A stretch of 64,000 nt of DNA from an uncultured Eubacteriales bacterium (GCA_949288185.1 CASEIZ010000050.1:35020-99019), one strand, 5' to 3'; positions 1 to 10,337 are shown, counted from the first letter of the stretch. The notes: generated from the sequence alone by a model not told the origin. A program made the numbers and translations.

Positions 1-1
1 A

Positions 2-367
2 GATATATTAGCATACCAATATGATTTAGTATGTAATGGATATGAAATGGCATCAGGAGCTGTTAGAAATCATGATCCAGAAATCATGGTAAAAGCATTT
101 GAAATTGCAGGATATAGTGAAGAAGATGTCAAAAATAGATTTGGTGCATTGTATAATGCTTTCCAATATGGAACTCCACCGCATGCAGGAGCTGCACCTG
201 GAATTGATAGAATGATTATGCTAATTGCAGATTCGCAAAATATTAGAGAAGTTATTGCATTTCCAAAGAATAAAAAAGCAAGAGATTTATTAATGAGAGC
301 GCCATCTGTTGTTACAGAACAACAATTAAAAGATGTACATATTACATTAGATTTAGATGAAAAATAA
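2..367 (+). CDS. aspS: aspartate--tRNA ligase, C-terminal fragment (5' end outside window)
   Basis: Frame is open from the window edge. Class II motif-3 region [19 protein letters not shown] and the [16 protein letters not shown] tail are typical of bacterial AspRS. TAA stop at 365-367. Confidence 0.85.
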   Translation, partial: DILAYQYDLVCNGYEMASGAVRNHDPEIMVKAFEIAGYSEEDVKNRFGALYNAFQYGTPPHAGAAPGIDRMIMLIADSQNIREVIAFPKNKKARDLLMRAPSVVTEQQLKDVHITLDLDEK

Positions 368-427
368 AATGTAAAATTTTACTATGTTCGCTTGTTTTTT
401 AGAAAAATATATAGTATAGTATCAACC

Positions 428-561
428 ATAGGAAATAAAAAGAAGCAGATGTAGGTGTAAATAAGGAACAATAAAAATACACCACATTTTGCTCCGCCAA
501 GCAATGTGGTGTATATCTATCATATAGGTAGCACACATTTTCTGTGGCTTTTATTTCCTAT
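428..561. repeat. imperfect 134-bp palindromic intergenic element with central hairpin (478-513)
   Basis: ATAGGAAATAAAA (428-440) pairs with TTTTATTTCCTAT (549-561). Inner stem TACACCACATT/AATGTGGTGTA surrounds the G/C-rich loop TTGCTCCGCCAAGC. Confidence 0.7.
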
Positions 562-657
562 ATTTATTATACACAGATGGTTTAGATTTGTCAAATATTT
601 TAAGAAACTTCAAAATGCTAATATAATTGATATAATTTGTGAAATGGAGGAATGATT

Positions 658-918
658 ATGGAATACCGATATAGTCCAAGTGGAGTTTGTTCAAGAGAAA
701 TGATTATTGAATTAGATGGAAATATTATTAAAAAATTAACGATTGTTGGAGGATGTGCTGGAAATACAGTAGGTGTTTCTAAATTGATAGAAGGAATGAA
801 TATTAATGAAGCAATTAGAAGACTAAAAGGAATTCCTTGTGGTACAAAAGGAACATCTTGTCCAGATCAATTATCCAAAGCATTGGAAGAAGTGAAAGAA
901 AAATACAAAATAGACTAA
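658..918 (+). CDS. TSCPD-domain small protein (TIGR03905 4-Cys family)
   Basis: Motifs GGCAGNTVGVSKLIEG and GTSCPDQLSKAL. GGAGG at 646-650 favours the ATG at 658 over the ORF-track ATG at 652. Confidence 0.75.
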   Translation: MEYRYSPSGVCSREMIIELDGNIIKKLTIVGGCAGNTVGVSKLIEGMNINEAIRRLKGIPCGTKGTSCPDQLSKALEEVKEKYKID

Positions 919-1005
919 TTCAAAATCATTCAAAATATATTCTAATGAACTTGGAATGTCTGAATTTTTGAAAAAATAAATATGAAAATAGAATGAGGAA
1001 TTTTA

Positions 1006-2055
1006 ATGAAAGAAAAAGTATTGTTAGGAATGAGTGGCGGCGTAGATAGTTCTGTGTCAGCCATTCTTTTAAAAAAAGCAGGGTATGAAGTCATTGGTTG
1101 TACAATGAATTTGCTTGATGAACCAAATGAGGAAGCCATACAAGATGCTAAAAAAGTATGTGAGAAATTAGGTATTGAGCATCATGTTTTGGATTGTAGA
1201 AAAGAATTTAGATGTCATGTGATGGATACCTTTATTTCTGAGTATGAAAATGCAAGGACACCAAATCCTTGTGTAGAATGTAACCAATATTTGAAATTTG
1301 GTACTTTTTATGACAAGGCAAAAGAGCTAGGATGTCAATATATCGCAACAGGTCATTATGCAAAAAAAGAATATTCAGAAAAATATAAACAATATGTTTT
1401 GAGAAAATCAAATGAAGAGAAAAAAGACCAGACATATTTTTTATACACCATTCCAAGAGAAAAAGTAGAGCATATTTTATTTCCATTGCAAGATAATGTA
1501 AGTAAAGACGATACAAGATTATTGGCAGAAGAATACGGATTAGAAATTGCGAGTAAAAAAGACAGCCAAGAAATTTGCTTTATCAAAGATGATGATTATC
1601 AAAGATTTTTAAAAGAGAACATGCAAAAACAACCAAAAAAAGGAAAGATTGTTTTAACCACAGGGGAAGTTTTAGGAAATCATAATGGATTGATTAATTA
1701 TACAATAGGGCAAAGAAAAGGATTAGGAATTTCTTATAAAGAACCATTGTATGTTGTAAGATTAGATATGAAGAATAATCAAGTGATTGTTGGTACAGAA
1801 ACAGAATTATATAGTAGTCAATTAGAAGCAATGAATGTCAATTGGATTGTAAATATTGAAAATAAATTAGTAGATGGATTAGAATGTTTTGCAAAAATCC
1901 GATATAGAGCAAAAGAGGCAAAGGCAAAAGTAGTAAAAGAAAATGAAATTATAAAAGTGGTATTTCAAGAACCACAAAGAGCCATTACCCAAGGACAGTC
2001 TGTTGTATTTTACGATGAAGATGGTATTGTTTTGGGTGGGGGGAAAATTAGATGA
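1006..2055 (+). CDS. mnmA: tRNA 2-thiouridine(34) synthase MnmA
   Basis: PP-loop LLGMSGGVDSSVSA, conserved Cys motifs (PNPCVECN), and a length of 349 aa. Confidence 0.9.
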   Translation: MKEKVLLGMSGGVDSSVSAILLKKAGYEVIGCTMNLLDEPNEEAIQDAKKVCEKLGIEHHVLDCRKEFRCHVMDTFISEYENARTPNPCVECNQYLKFGTFYDKAKELGCQYIATGHYAKKEYSEKYKQYVLRKSNEEKKDQTYFLYTIPREKVEHILFPLQDNVSKDDTRLLAEEYGLEIASKKDSQEICFIKDDDYQRFLKENMQKQPKKGKIVLTTGEVLGNHNGLINYTIGQRKGLGISYKEPLYVVRLDMKNNQVIVGTETELYSSQLEAMNVNWIVNIENKLVDGLECFAKIRYRAKEAKAKVVKENEIIKVVFQEPQRAITQGQSVVFYDEDGIVLGGGKIR

Positions 2056-2084
2056 TAGATTATAAAGAAATGAATATATAAAAA

Positions 2085-2118
2085 GAAAGACTATGCTTGG
2101 CTTAAGTAATAGTCTTTC
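2085..2118. terminator. bidirectional hairpin between convergent mnmA and the small minus-strand gene
   Basis: GAAAGACTAT (2085-2094) pairs with ATAGTCTTTC (2109-2118). Confidence 0.6.
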
Positions 2119-2124
2119 ACAACA

Positions 2125-2298
2125 TTAAGTTTCTTTTTTTATCATTGCTTGCATGAGAATCAATGCACCAAGGTGTGTACTTACAGATATTCCTCCTATA
2201 GGTACATAACCATCGGAAATAGCTTTGTTTACCTTTTCAGAAAATTCTTTTGTAGATAGATATTCCATAAAAGTTTCTGAAACTATCGTATATTCCAT
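2125..2298 (-). CDS. small conserved protein, DUF1737-like
   Basis: MEYTIVSETFMEYLSTKEFSEKVNKAISDGYVPIGGISV. GGAGG lies 8 nt upstream of the internal ATG at 2298, so the ORF-track start at 2328 is probably too long. Confidence 0.5.
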   Translation of the reverse strand: MEYTIVSETFMEYLSTKEFSEKVNKAISDGYVPIGGISVSTHLGALILMQAMIKKET

Positions 2299-2432
2299 AC
2301 TGTAAATCCTCCTATGAGTAGGTGCCAAGCTAACCTTTAATATTCTTAATTATAGTAAAATTATAGATAAAAGTCAAATTGTGTAAATGAAAAATGGATA
2401 ACTTTATATTTTATTTTAATAGATAGTTTCAA

Positions 2433-3134
2433 TTATTTACTATTAATAATTTCATCAGCCTGTGTTTGTGTAATATACTCATTTTCAACCATGGTATTTA
2501 AAACATGAGCTTGTCTTTGATTTGCTAAATCTGGATTAACCGTTGGAGCATATACAGAAGGAGCATTCGGAACACCAGCAAGCATAGAAGCTTCATCTAA
2601 ATTCAAATCTTTTGGTTCTTTATTGTAATATCCCATACTAGCATCATAAATACCATAATAGCCATCTCCAAAATAGGCACTATTCACATATAAAGCAAAG
2701 ATTTCATCTTTTGAAAATTTTTGTTCTAAATCATAAGCAGCAAATAATTCTCCTAATTTTCTAGTGGCAGTTTCTTCTTGTGTAAACACTAAATTTTTTG
2801 CCACCTGTTGTGTAATGGTACTACCACCTTCTTGTAATTCGCCAGTTCTAAGGTTTGTCCAAAGAGCTCTAGCAATTCCAATAAAATCAACAGGACCATG
2901 GTCATAATATCTTCTATCTTCAACAGAGATAACTGCATTAATATAGTCTTGAGACATTTCACTAAACGGGGTATAGTGTTCATCACCTGTTACTTCTCCC
3001 GTTCTTGTTAATAGCGGTTTTTCATCTAAGGCTTTAGAATAAGCAACAAAACCAATAATGCCACATACAATGCCAGCAATTAAAATCAATATAAAAATAA
3101 TCAATAATAATTTTCTAAAAAGTTTCATAGACAC
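2433..3134 (-). CDS. monofunctional peptidoglycan glycosyltransferase (GT51), membrane anchored
   Basis: N-terminal TM helix, GT51 motifs EDRRYYDHGPVD and GGSTITQQVAKN, and no transpeptidase domain. Confidence 0.85.
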   Translation of the reverse strand: MSMKLFRKLLLIIFILILIAGIVCGIIGFVAYSKALDEKPLLTRTGEVTGDEHYTPFSEMSQDYINAVISVEDRRYYDHGPVDFIGIARALWTNLRTGELQEGGSTITQQVAKNLVFTQEETATRKLGELFAAYDLEQKFSKDEIFALYVNSAYFGDGYYGIYDASMGYYNKEPKDLNLDEASMLAGVPNAPSVYAPTVNPDLANQRQAHVLNTMVENEYITQTQADEIINSK

Positions 3135-3321
3135 CTCTATATAATCTTTTTCTTTATTATATAGTAATATTTATGTTTTTACAATAATGTAAAAGTTAAG
3201 ATTTTATGAATTTTTTATAAATGCCTTCTATTTACAAAAATAGAATACTATGATAAAATCCAAAATAGTATAATATAATTATATTATGCCATATATTAAT
3301 ACCTAAAAGAGGTGAAAGAAA

Positions 3322-4158
3322 ATGATAAAATTTACAAAAATGCATGGGCTGGGGAATGATTATGTCTATATGGATGCCATTCATCAAAATATAGAAAAAG
3401 AATCATCTCTAGCTCAATTTGTTAGCAATCGAAACTTTGGAATTGGATCAGATGGATTAATTCTAATCTGTAAAAGTGAAATTGCAGACTTTAAAATGAG
3501 GATGTTTAATGCAGATGGTAGTGAAGCTGAAATGTGTGGAAATGGAATACGATGTGTAGGAAAATTTGTATATGACAAAGGTCTTACAAATAAAACAGAA
3601 GTTACCATAGAAACATTAGCAGGTGTCAAAACATTACAATTAAATGTGGAGGAAGGAAAGGTAAAAACAGTAAAGGTGGATATGGGAGAACCAATCCTTA
3701 CACCAAAAGAAATCCCTGTTATTTCAGAAGAAGAACCAGTAAAAAATTTAAAGTTAAAAGCAAAAGATAAAGAATTTACATTTACTTGTGTATCAATGGG
3801 AAATCCACATGCGATTACTTTTGTAGAAAATACAAAAGATTTTGATGTAGAAACTTATGGAAAGATTCTAGAAGTAGACAAAGCATTTCCAAATAAAACA
3901 AATGTGGAATTTATCGAAATTGTAGATAAAAACCATATAAAAATGAGAGTTTGGGAAAGAGGCGCTGGAGAAACACTAGCTTGTGGTACAGGTGCTTGTG
4001 CATCTGTTGTAGCATGTAGCTTAAATGGTTTGACAGAAAATACAGTAAAAGTAGAATTACTAGGTGGAACATTAGAAATCGAGTGGAACAAAGAAGATAA
4101 TCATGTATATATGACAGGACCTGCAGTGACTGTTTTTGAAGGTGAGTTGTTAGTATAA
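3322..4158 (+). CDS. dapF: diaminopimelate epimerase
   Basis: [11 protein letters not shown], with catalytic Cys motifs MCGNGIRC and ACGTGACA. Confidence 0.9.
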   Translation: MIKFTKMHGLGNDYVYMDAIHQNIEKESSLAQFVSNRNFGIGSDGLILICKSEIADFKMRMFNADGSEAEMCGNGIRCVGKFVYDKGLTNKTEVTIETLAGVKTLQLNVEEGKVKTVKVDMGEPILTPKEIPVISEEEPVKNLKLKAKDKEFTFTCVSMGNPHAITFVENTKDFDVETYGKILEVDKAFPNKTNVEFIEIVDKNHIKMRVWERGAGETLACGTGACASVVACSLNGLTENTVKVELLGGTLEIEWNKEDNHVYMTGPAVTVFEGELLV

Positions 4159-4252
4159 TATTATTTTAAAGATATATGTTTTTATAAGATTAGCACGAAG
4201 ACCGTTGTAAAAAACATTATAAAGGCAAGAGAAATGAGGAGGAATGAAAAAT

Positions 4253-5488
4253 ATGAGTTATATAAATGAAAATTTTTTAAATTTACAAGAAAGCTATTTA
4301 TTTTCTACAGTAGCAAAAAAGGTAGCAGAATATAGTAAAAAGAACCCAGATAAAGAAATAATCAAATTAGGAATAGGAGATGTGACAAAACCAATTGTAC
4401 CAGCATGTTTAGAAGCTATGCATAAAGCAGTTGATGAAATCGGAACAGCTGAAGGATTTAAAGGATATGGACCAGAACAAGGATATGAATTTTTAAGAAA
4501 TGCTATTGTAGAACATGACTATAAAACAAGAGGAGTTGATATAGAACCAGATGAAGTATTTGTATCAGATGGAGCAAAATGTGATTGTGGTAATATTGTA
4601 GATATATTTGAAAAAGATAATAAAGTGGCAATTACAGACCCAGTATATCCAGTATATTTAGATACCAATGTTATGTCAGGTAGAAGTGGAAAATATAATG
4701 ATAAAACAGGAACATATGAAAATATTGTCTATTTACCAGTAACAGCTGAAAATGATTTCAAACCAGCATTGCCAAAGGAAAAAGTAGATATGATTTATCT
4801 ATGTTTCCCAAACAATCCAACAGGAACCGTACTAAATAAAGAAGATTTAAAAGTTTGGGTGGATTATGCAAAAGAAAACAATAGTATTATATTATATGAT
4901 GCAGCATATGAAGCCTTTATAGAAGAAGAAAATGTACCACATAGCATTTATGAAGTAGAAGGAGCAAAAGATGTAGCCATTGAATTTAAGAGTTATTCAA
5001 AAACAGCAGGTTTTACAGGTGTTAGATGTGCCTATGTAGTGATTCCTAAAACCGTAAAAGGATATACAAAAAATGGGGAAACAGTGGAATTAAATAAACT
5101 TTGGAATAGAAGAACTTGTACAAAATTTAATGGAGTATCCTATATTGTACAAAGAGCAGCAGAAGCTACTTATACTGAAGAAGGAAGAAAACAAATAGAA
5201 GAAAATATTCGATATTATAAAGAAAATGCAAAAATCATCAAAAACGGATTAGAACAAGCAGGATTTACAGTATATGGGGCTATTAATTCACCATATGTTT
5301 GGTTAAAAGTACCAGAAGGAATGACTTCATGGGAATTCTTTGACAAGTTATTAGAAGAGGTAAATATTGTCGGAACTCCAGGAAGTGGATTTGGACCTCA
5401 CGGAGAAGGATATTTTAGATTAACTGCTTTTGGAACAAAAGAAAATACAGTAAAAGCAGTTGGAAGAATAAAAAATTGGAATATATAA
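4253..5488 (+). CDS. dapL: LL-diaminopimelate aminotransferase (DapL type)
   Basis: N-terminus [30 protein letters not shown] and a PLP-lysine region [15 protein letters not shown] at 4238-4242 favours the ATG at 4253 over 4244. Confidence 0.8.
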   Translation: MSYINENFLNLQESYLFSTVAKKVAEYSKKNPDKEIIKLGIGDVTKPIVPACLEAMHKAVDEIGTAEGFKGYGPEQGYEFLRNAIVEHDYKTRGVDIEPDEVFVSDGAKCDCGNIVDIFEKDNKVAITDPVYPVYLDTNVMSGRSGKYNDKTGTYENIVYLPVTAENDFKPALPKEKVDMIYLCFPNNPTGTVLNKEDLKVWVDYAKENNSIILYDAAYEAFIEEENVPHSIYEVEGAKDVAIEFKSYSKTAGFTGVRCAYVVIPKTVKGYTKNGETVELNKLWNRRTCTKFNGVSYIVQRAAEATYTEEGRKQIEENIRYYKENAKIIKNGLEQAGFTVYGAINSPYVWLKVPEGMTSWEFFDKLLEEVNIVGTPGSGFGPHGEGYFRLTAFGTKENTVKAVGRIKNWNI

Positions 5489-5495
5489 TAAAGAA

Positions 5496-5538
5496 GAAAA
5501 CAATTAGAGATTTTATTTCTAATTGTTTTCATTTTTTA
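5496..5538 (+). terminator. rho-independent terminator after dapL
   Basis: GAAAACAATTAG pairs with CTAATTGTTTTC, followed by a T-run. Confidence 0.7.
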
Positions 5539-5557
5539 AATTAAAAGTTTGTAAATT

Positions 5558-5703
5558 AGACGAGTCTCTATTTTTATTATTTTTCACACCTTGTGTGTCG
5601 CAACCAACAAATAAAATGAATCGTAGGTTGCTCCAATCGCACTCACTGCGTTCGTTTGGTCGCTTACGCGGTGTCTCAAAATAATAAGAATAGAGACTTG
5701 TCT
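5558..5703. repeat. palindromic intergenic element carrying an A-type G/C-rich core (5621-5672)
   Basis: The 26-nt arms AGACGAGTCTCTATTTTTATTATTTT and AAAATAATAAGAATAGAGACTTGTCT match at 24 of 26 positions. The core is homologous, in inverse orientation, to 56924-56976. Confidence 0.75.
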
Positions 5704-5796
5704 GATTGATAATAATATTGAATTATTTGTATATAAAATAGAACAATACAATTGAAAAAAACGCATATAAAAGGTATAATAGAATGGGTGAAATAA

Positions 5797-6588
5797 ATGG
5801 AAAAAAGTAAAAAAGAGAATGTATTAAATAAGATTATAAAAAGAATCAAAGAAGAAGAAAAAAACATTTATAAAGCAAATCAAATAGACAGAAACCATTA
5901 TAAAATGAAAATCAATATAAATAGATTTATACAAATTACTGAAAATTTAAAAGATAAAGATATAGGAGAGTTTACAGATGAAAATGTCATGGTAACACAT
6001 AATGGAAATCCATATATGACATATATTTTAGCTATAAAAGCGATTTGCAGTAATACGAATTTAGAGATATGTGTAAATGAAACCATGTTAGGGACAAACA
6101 GTGTGATTGCAAAAATCATAGAAGAGGTATTAAAAGAATTAAAAATAAAGACACATATTGCTATCATCAGAACGCTAGATATACAAACATTAAAAAATCA
6201 AAAAAACATAAGCATTATTGTTTTGCAAGATAAAGCACAATATTCACAATTATTAAGAGCAAAAGTTCCCAATGTAGTATATAAACCAATATATAATGTA
6301 GCTTTATATATAGATGATGAAGAATTTGAAGAAATCCAACAAGACATTATACAATATTGTGATGAGAATTTTATAGAAATAGAAATATATGATGCAGAGG
6401 ATGTAGAAGATGCAATAGAACAATTAGAAGCAGACAATGAAGGAGAATATGCATTAATTTTGACAAAGCAAAAAGTGGATATGGATAAAATAAAAGAATT
6501 AAAAGAGAAAGAAAATATAGATATTTATATTAATAAAAATATTTTAATAGATTTAGAAGAAAGAGTAATAAATAAAAAAATTGGATAA
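5797..6588 (+). CDS. hypothetical protein, possibly a degenerate ProA/aldehyde-dehydrogenase-like fold
   Basis: RBS GGGTGA. Segments resemble gamma-glutamyl phosphate reductase by eye (HNGNPYMTYILAIKAICSNTNLEI; ALILTKQKVD...IYINKN). The protein is only 263 aa and no catalytic Cys motif was seen. Confidence 0.3.
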   Translation: MEKSKKENVLNKIIKRIKEEEKNIYKANQIDRNHYKMKININRFIQITENLKDKDIGEFTDENVMVTHNGNPYMTYILAIKAICSNTNLEICVNETMLGTNSVIAKIIEEVLKELKIKTHIAIIRTLDIQTLKNQKNISIIVLQDKAQYSQLLRAKVPNVVYKPIYNVALYIDDEEFEEIQQDIIQYCDENFIEIEIYDAEDVEDAIEQLEADNEGEYALILTKQKVDMDKIKELKEKENIDIYINKNILIDLEERVINKKIG

Positions 6589-6602
6589 GTAGGTGAGAGA
6601 AA

Positions 6603-7430
6603 ATGGCAACTATAAGTGAAATACAAAATTTATTGAATAAAGTAGAAATAACAATAGATGAAGATGATATAAAAGATGCGATTGAACTTTTCTATGACGG
6701 AGAATCTTTTGAAAAGGGAGAAAACATTGAAGAAACGCTTATAAAAAATGCACAATATATTAACTTTAAAAAGTTATTAATAATTATTGTTAAAAGAAGA
6801 CAGGAACTTTTAAACGAGTATAAAGCGCAAAAGATATCACCGTTAATAGAAAAACAGAATGAAGAACAATTAAAGAAAGCAATAAAATTTGCAAGATCAT
6901 ATATAAAACCTGAAGAATTTGTCAAAGTATCAACATTGGATTATGCACTAGGTAGAGAAGAGATAATAGATTCAAAAACAGTTGTATATGGGGAGAAAAT
7001 AGAAAAGAAAAATAAACTTTATGAAAAAATAAAAGAGCTATTACCAGATATCGAAGTTTCTAATTTTTTCGGATTATTGAAAAATGTATTAGAAGATGAA
7101 AAAATGGGAGAACTACAATTTAGAAAAGAAATAAATCATTTTATGGAAGAAAAAGGGATGCAACAAAAAGAAATAGCTTCTTTTTGGCAAAAGTTCTATG
7201 AATCTGAAAGTGAAGAACAAACAGAAGAAGTACTTCAAGTGATTGACAAAGAAAAGTTTAATAAAAGGATTAAATCACTATTTGAAAGTTTGGGACCATA
7301 TGTCAATGCAGAAAAATGTTTTTTATTTTATGGATGTTGTTTAGGTTGCGATTTAGAAAAACGGAAAAGAATTAGACGAAAAAGGACTTATATTTTTAGA
7401 AAATTTAGAAAAATTAATAAAAGATGTTAA
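6603..7430 (+). CDS. hypothetical E/K-rich protein; probably the 5' part of one gene continuing at 7447
   Basis: RBS AGGTGAGAG. The last ~25 codons (RKRIRRKRTYIFRKFRKINKRC) differ in composition from the rest. Removing one A from the A5 run at 7357-7361 fuses it in frame to the next ORF. Confidence 0.6.
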   Translation: MATISEIQNLLNKVEITIDEDDIKDAIELFYDGESFEKGENIEETLIKNAQYINFKKLLIIIVKRRQELLNEYKAQKISPLIEKQNEEQLKKAIKFARSYIKPEEFVKVSTLDYALGREEIIDSKTVVYGEKIEKKNKLYEKIKELLPDIEVSNFFGLLKNVLEDEKMGELQFRKEINHFMEEKGMQQKEIASFWQKFYESESEEQTEEVLQVIDKEKFNKRIKSLFESLGPYVNAEKCFLFYGCCLGCDLEKRKRIRRKRTYIFRKFRKINKRC

Positions 7431-7446
7431 TAAAAATACGAAAATT

Positions 7447-9483
7447 TTGGATAGTAATGGAAATTACTTTAAAATAGAACAACTTTATGGACTTCTTACA
7501 AAATGGAATCAAGATACAAAAGAATACTGTAGAGATATAGAATTGATTTCAGGAAGGAAAACATTAAGTGATACCAATGGTTATGAAGAATATTGTACCA
7601 AAGAGGATTTAAAAATATTAGCACAGGCAGAAGGAAATTTACTATATCTAGCACAAAGAAAAAAATTAAATAATGCAACTATATATAATATTGCTATGGA
7701 GCATCCTGTATCAGAAGAAACGTTAGTAGGATTATATCAATGTGGAGCATTTAATCTAAAAAAAGTAGAGGCATATGCAAAAGAAAAAGAGATGGATTTT
7801 AGTAGCATAAAAGAGAAAATAAAACAACAAAACTTAAAAACAGGTGAAAAAATCGATTTGACTAATGAAGAAATTTGGAAGTTGCTAACACCAGAAGAAA
7901 GATTACAAATGGTTGTAGAAAGTATAGATGCAGGTGAAACAAGAAATATAAGAGGAAGAATAGAAGAAGTTTATGATATAGAAGAAATGGCAAATCTATA
8001 TAAAGAAATTTATTGTACAGAACAACAAACAGAGAAACAAAGTCAAGAACTTGAAGAAAAAAGGAAAAAATATGAAAATCTAATAAAATTACACAATGCT
8101 TTAAGAATGCAAGATAGAGACGATATTGTACTTCTATTAGAAGAGGAATTAAGTGATGAAATGTTAACCAATTTGTATTGTGATCATGCGATTAGTATGA
8201 ATGTTCTTGAAAGTTATGGAGAAAAAGAATTGGTAATAGAGACATTTAACCAAGGAAAACTTCATGAAAAAGATATAAAAGAAGCTATCGTAAGATATCC
8301 AATACCATTGGACGAACAACAAATTTATCAATATTATCAACAAGGTATTTTGACACCAAGAGATATATTAGACTTATATATAAATGATAGAATAAATTTA
8401 GATACAATCAAACAAATTAATGAAAAATTACCAGAAGAGCAAAAAATAAATTTAGAACTAACAGAAGAAGAACTAGCACATCTATATCAGGTGTCTAAAA
8501 GGGAAAAAAATCGTAAAAAAACAAATTTAGATAAAGTATTAAAATATAAAAGATACAGTTTATTGTATCAAACACTAAAAAGATCAAATTTAGAAGAAAA
8601 TGAAAAGTTTGAATCAGACAAAAAAATATTAGAACATATCCATAATGTTGAATCAGAAGATATCATGGAATTATATATAGATAATTTGTTAACATTAGAA
8701 ACTGTGTTGCAATATGGAGGAAATGACTTAGTAAAAAAATTAATTCTTCAAGGAGATTTGAGGACAAATGATGCGAGAACATATTTTGAAACTGAAAAAG
8801 AAAATGTGAGTATAGAAGAAATATTAGAAAATCCAGATATGGACGAAACAGAAAAATTAATATTGATATATACAACATATGGTGATAATGTTCCCAAAAG
8901 AGAAAAATTAGTAAAAAATCATCTTTCTGCATATGCATCAGATATAAAAGGAGAAAAAACGACAACTAAAAATAAAAAAGAAGAAGAGACAAAAACAGGT
9001 AAAAGAAATACAACAACAGATCCATATGAAAGATGGAAACTATTAGCATTGTTAGATAAAAACTATAGTAGAAAATATGTAGGCGGGTATTTAATTGTCA
9101 AATTACACAACACACAAAAAGCCATTATAGAAAAGTTGTATGGAAAAAAGTATGGAGAAGTAGAACCAGGACATGATGCATCAACAATTGGTTTAGCAAT
9201 AGAAGAATATGAAAAATTAGAATCAGAACTCATTAAAGGTAAAAGATTTGATATTGTCAAATTAAGAGATGTAGCAAGAAATCATCCAGAAATCATTACA
9301 AAGGTTACACATCATTCGGCTAGCTATGATAGAAAAGGAAATGAAAAGAACAGTTGGGTAAAAAGAATATTAAAATATGTGTGTGATGAACAACCAGAAA
9401 AAGTATATTCTGATGAAGAAATTGCTCAAATAAATGAATGTTCGAAAGCAATTGAAAAATCAAGAAAAGAAATAGAAAGATAA
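7447..9483 (+). CDS. hypothetical large E/K-rich protein with internal helical repeats
   Basis: 678-aa ORF. The TTG start has no SD, and coding-like sequence (KNGKELDEKGLIFLENLEKLIKDVNKNTKI) lies upstream in the same frame. A motif recurs: [ED]x[ILM]xxLY (LVGLYQCG, MANLYKEI, LTNLYCDH, ILDLYIND, LAHLYQVS, IMELYIDN). Confidence 0.65.
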   Translation: MDSNGNYFKIEQLYGLLTKWNQDTKEYCRDIELISGRKTLSDTNGYEEYCTKEDLKILAQAEGNLLYLAQRKKLNNATIYNIAMEHPVSEETLVGLYQCGAFNLKKVEAYAKEKEMDFSSIKEKIKQQNLKTGEKIDLTNEEIWKLLTPEERLQMVVESIDAGETRNIRGRIEEVYDIEEMANLYKEIYCTEQQTEKQSQELEEKRKKYENLIKLHNALRMQDRDDIVLLLEEELSDEMLTNLYCDHAISMNVLESYGEKELVIETFNQGKLHEKDIKEAIVRYPIPLDEQQIYQYYQQGILTPRDILDLYINDRINLDTIKQINEKLPEEQKINLELTEEELAHLYQVSKREKNRKKTNLDKVLKYKRYSLLYQTLKRSNLEENEKFESDKKILEHIHNVESEDIMELYIDNLLTLETVLQYGGNDLVKKLILQGDLRTNDARTYFETEKENVSIEEILENPDMDETEKLILIYTTYGDNVPKREKLVKNHLSAYASDIKGEKTTTKNKKEEETKTGKRNTTTDPYERWKLLALLDKNYSRKYVGGYLIVKLHNTQKAIIEKLYGKKYGEVEPGHDASTIGLAIEEYEKLESELIKGKRFDIVKLRDVARNHPEIITKVTHHSASYDRKGNEKNSWVKRILKYVCDEQPEKVYSDEEIAQINECSKAIEKSRKEIER

Positions 9484-9489
9484 TATTAC

Positions 9490-9528
9490 AAAGAGAGACC
9501 TTATATATAAAGTTGAAGGTTTCTCTTT
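9490..9528 (+). terminator. hairpin after the 7447-9483 gene
   Basis: AAAGAGAGACC pairs with GGTTTCTCTTT. The trailing T-run is weak. Confidence 0.45.
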
Positions 9529-9625
9529 AATAAATTTAAGTTTAAAGAAAATAATTTTTACAATTTAGAATATAAAAATACAAAGCTTTAAGAAAAAAAC
9601 AACTAAACAAAAGTTCGAAAATGTA

Positions 9626-9654
9626 TTGACTTTTTTAGACAGAATTTATATAAT
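9626..9654 (+). promoter_or_regulatory. sigma-A-type promoter upstream of the HD hydrolase gene
   Basis: TTGACT (9626-9631), a 17-nt spacer, then TATAAT (9649-9654). Confidence 0.5.
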
Positions 9655-9769
9655 GTGAAAGAATAAGAAAAGCTAAATTTTGTTGAATAGAAAAAATGAA
9701 CAGAAATTAAAAAGAATCATGTTTCGAGCTGAATAAAATTTCAACACTAGATACTGATTAAAGGAAGGA

Positions 9770-10336
9770 ATGAAACAAAAAATGAAAGAAGAATTTTTAA
9801 ATTTATTAAGAACAGTAAATCGAGAAGGAATAGAAGACATTATCAATTTTTTAGAAAAATCAGACTTTTTTAAAGCACCTGCAAGTACAAGATTTCATGG
9901 AAACCATGAAGGCGGATTAGTAGAACATAGTTTAAAAGTATATGAAATTTTAAAACATAAAGTAGAACACAATGTAAAAGGTGTAACCGTGCCAGAAGAA
10001 TCAATTATCATCATTGGATTATTACATGATATTTGTAAAACCAATTTTTATAAAGTAGATTATAGAAATGCAAAAAATGCATTAGGCGTATGGGAAAAAG
10101 TACCATATTATACGATTGAAGATACCATTCCATATGGACATGGAGAAAAATCGGTTATGATGATTACAGAATATATGAAATTAACACCAGAAGAAAAATA
10201 TGCAATTCGTTGGCATATGGGATATACAGAACCAAAGGAATTATATAATGCTATAGGAGCTTCTTATACAAAATATCCAATAGCATTATTAACACATGAA
10301 GCAGACTTAGAAGCGACTTATTTCTACGATACATAA
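9770..10336 (+). CDS. HD-domain phosphohydrolase
   Basis: RFHGNHEGGLVEHSL and GLLHDICK motifs; 188 aa. Confidence 0.75.
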   Translation: MKQKMKEEFLNLLRTVNREGIEDIINFLEKSDFFKAPASTRFHGNHEGGLVEHSLKVYEILKHKVEHNVKGVTVPEESIIIIGLLHDICKTNFYKVDYRNAKNALGVWEKVPYYTIEDTIPYGHGEKSVMMITEYMKLTPEEKYAIRWHMGYTEPKELYNAIGASYTKYPIALLTHEADLEATYFYDT

Positions 10337-10337
10337 A

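Noticed and set aside
7330-7360. Two in-frame TAG codons upstream of the 7447 ORF suggested possible TAG reassignment.
   Set aside because: TAG clearly terminates well-conserved genes here, for example the WalR-like regulator at 50826-50828. A single-A indel explains the junction better.
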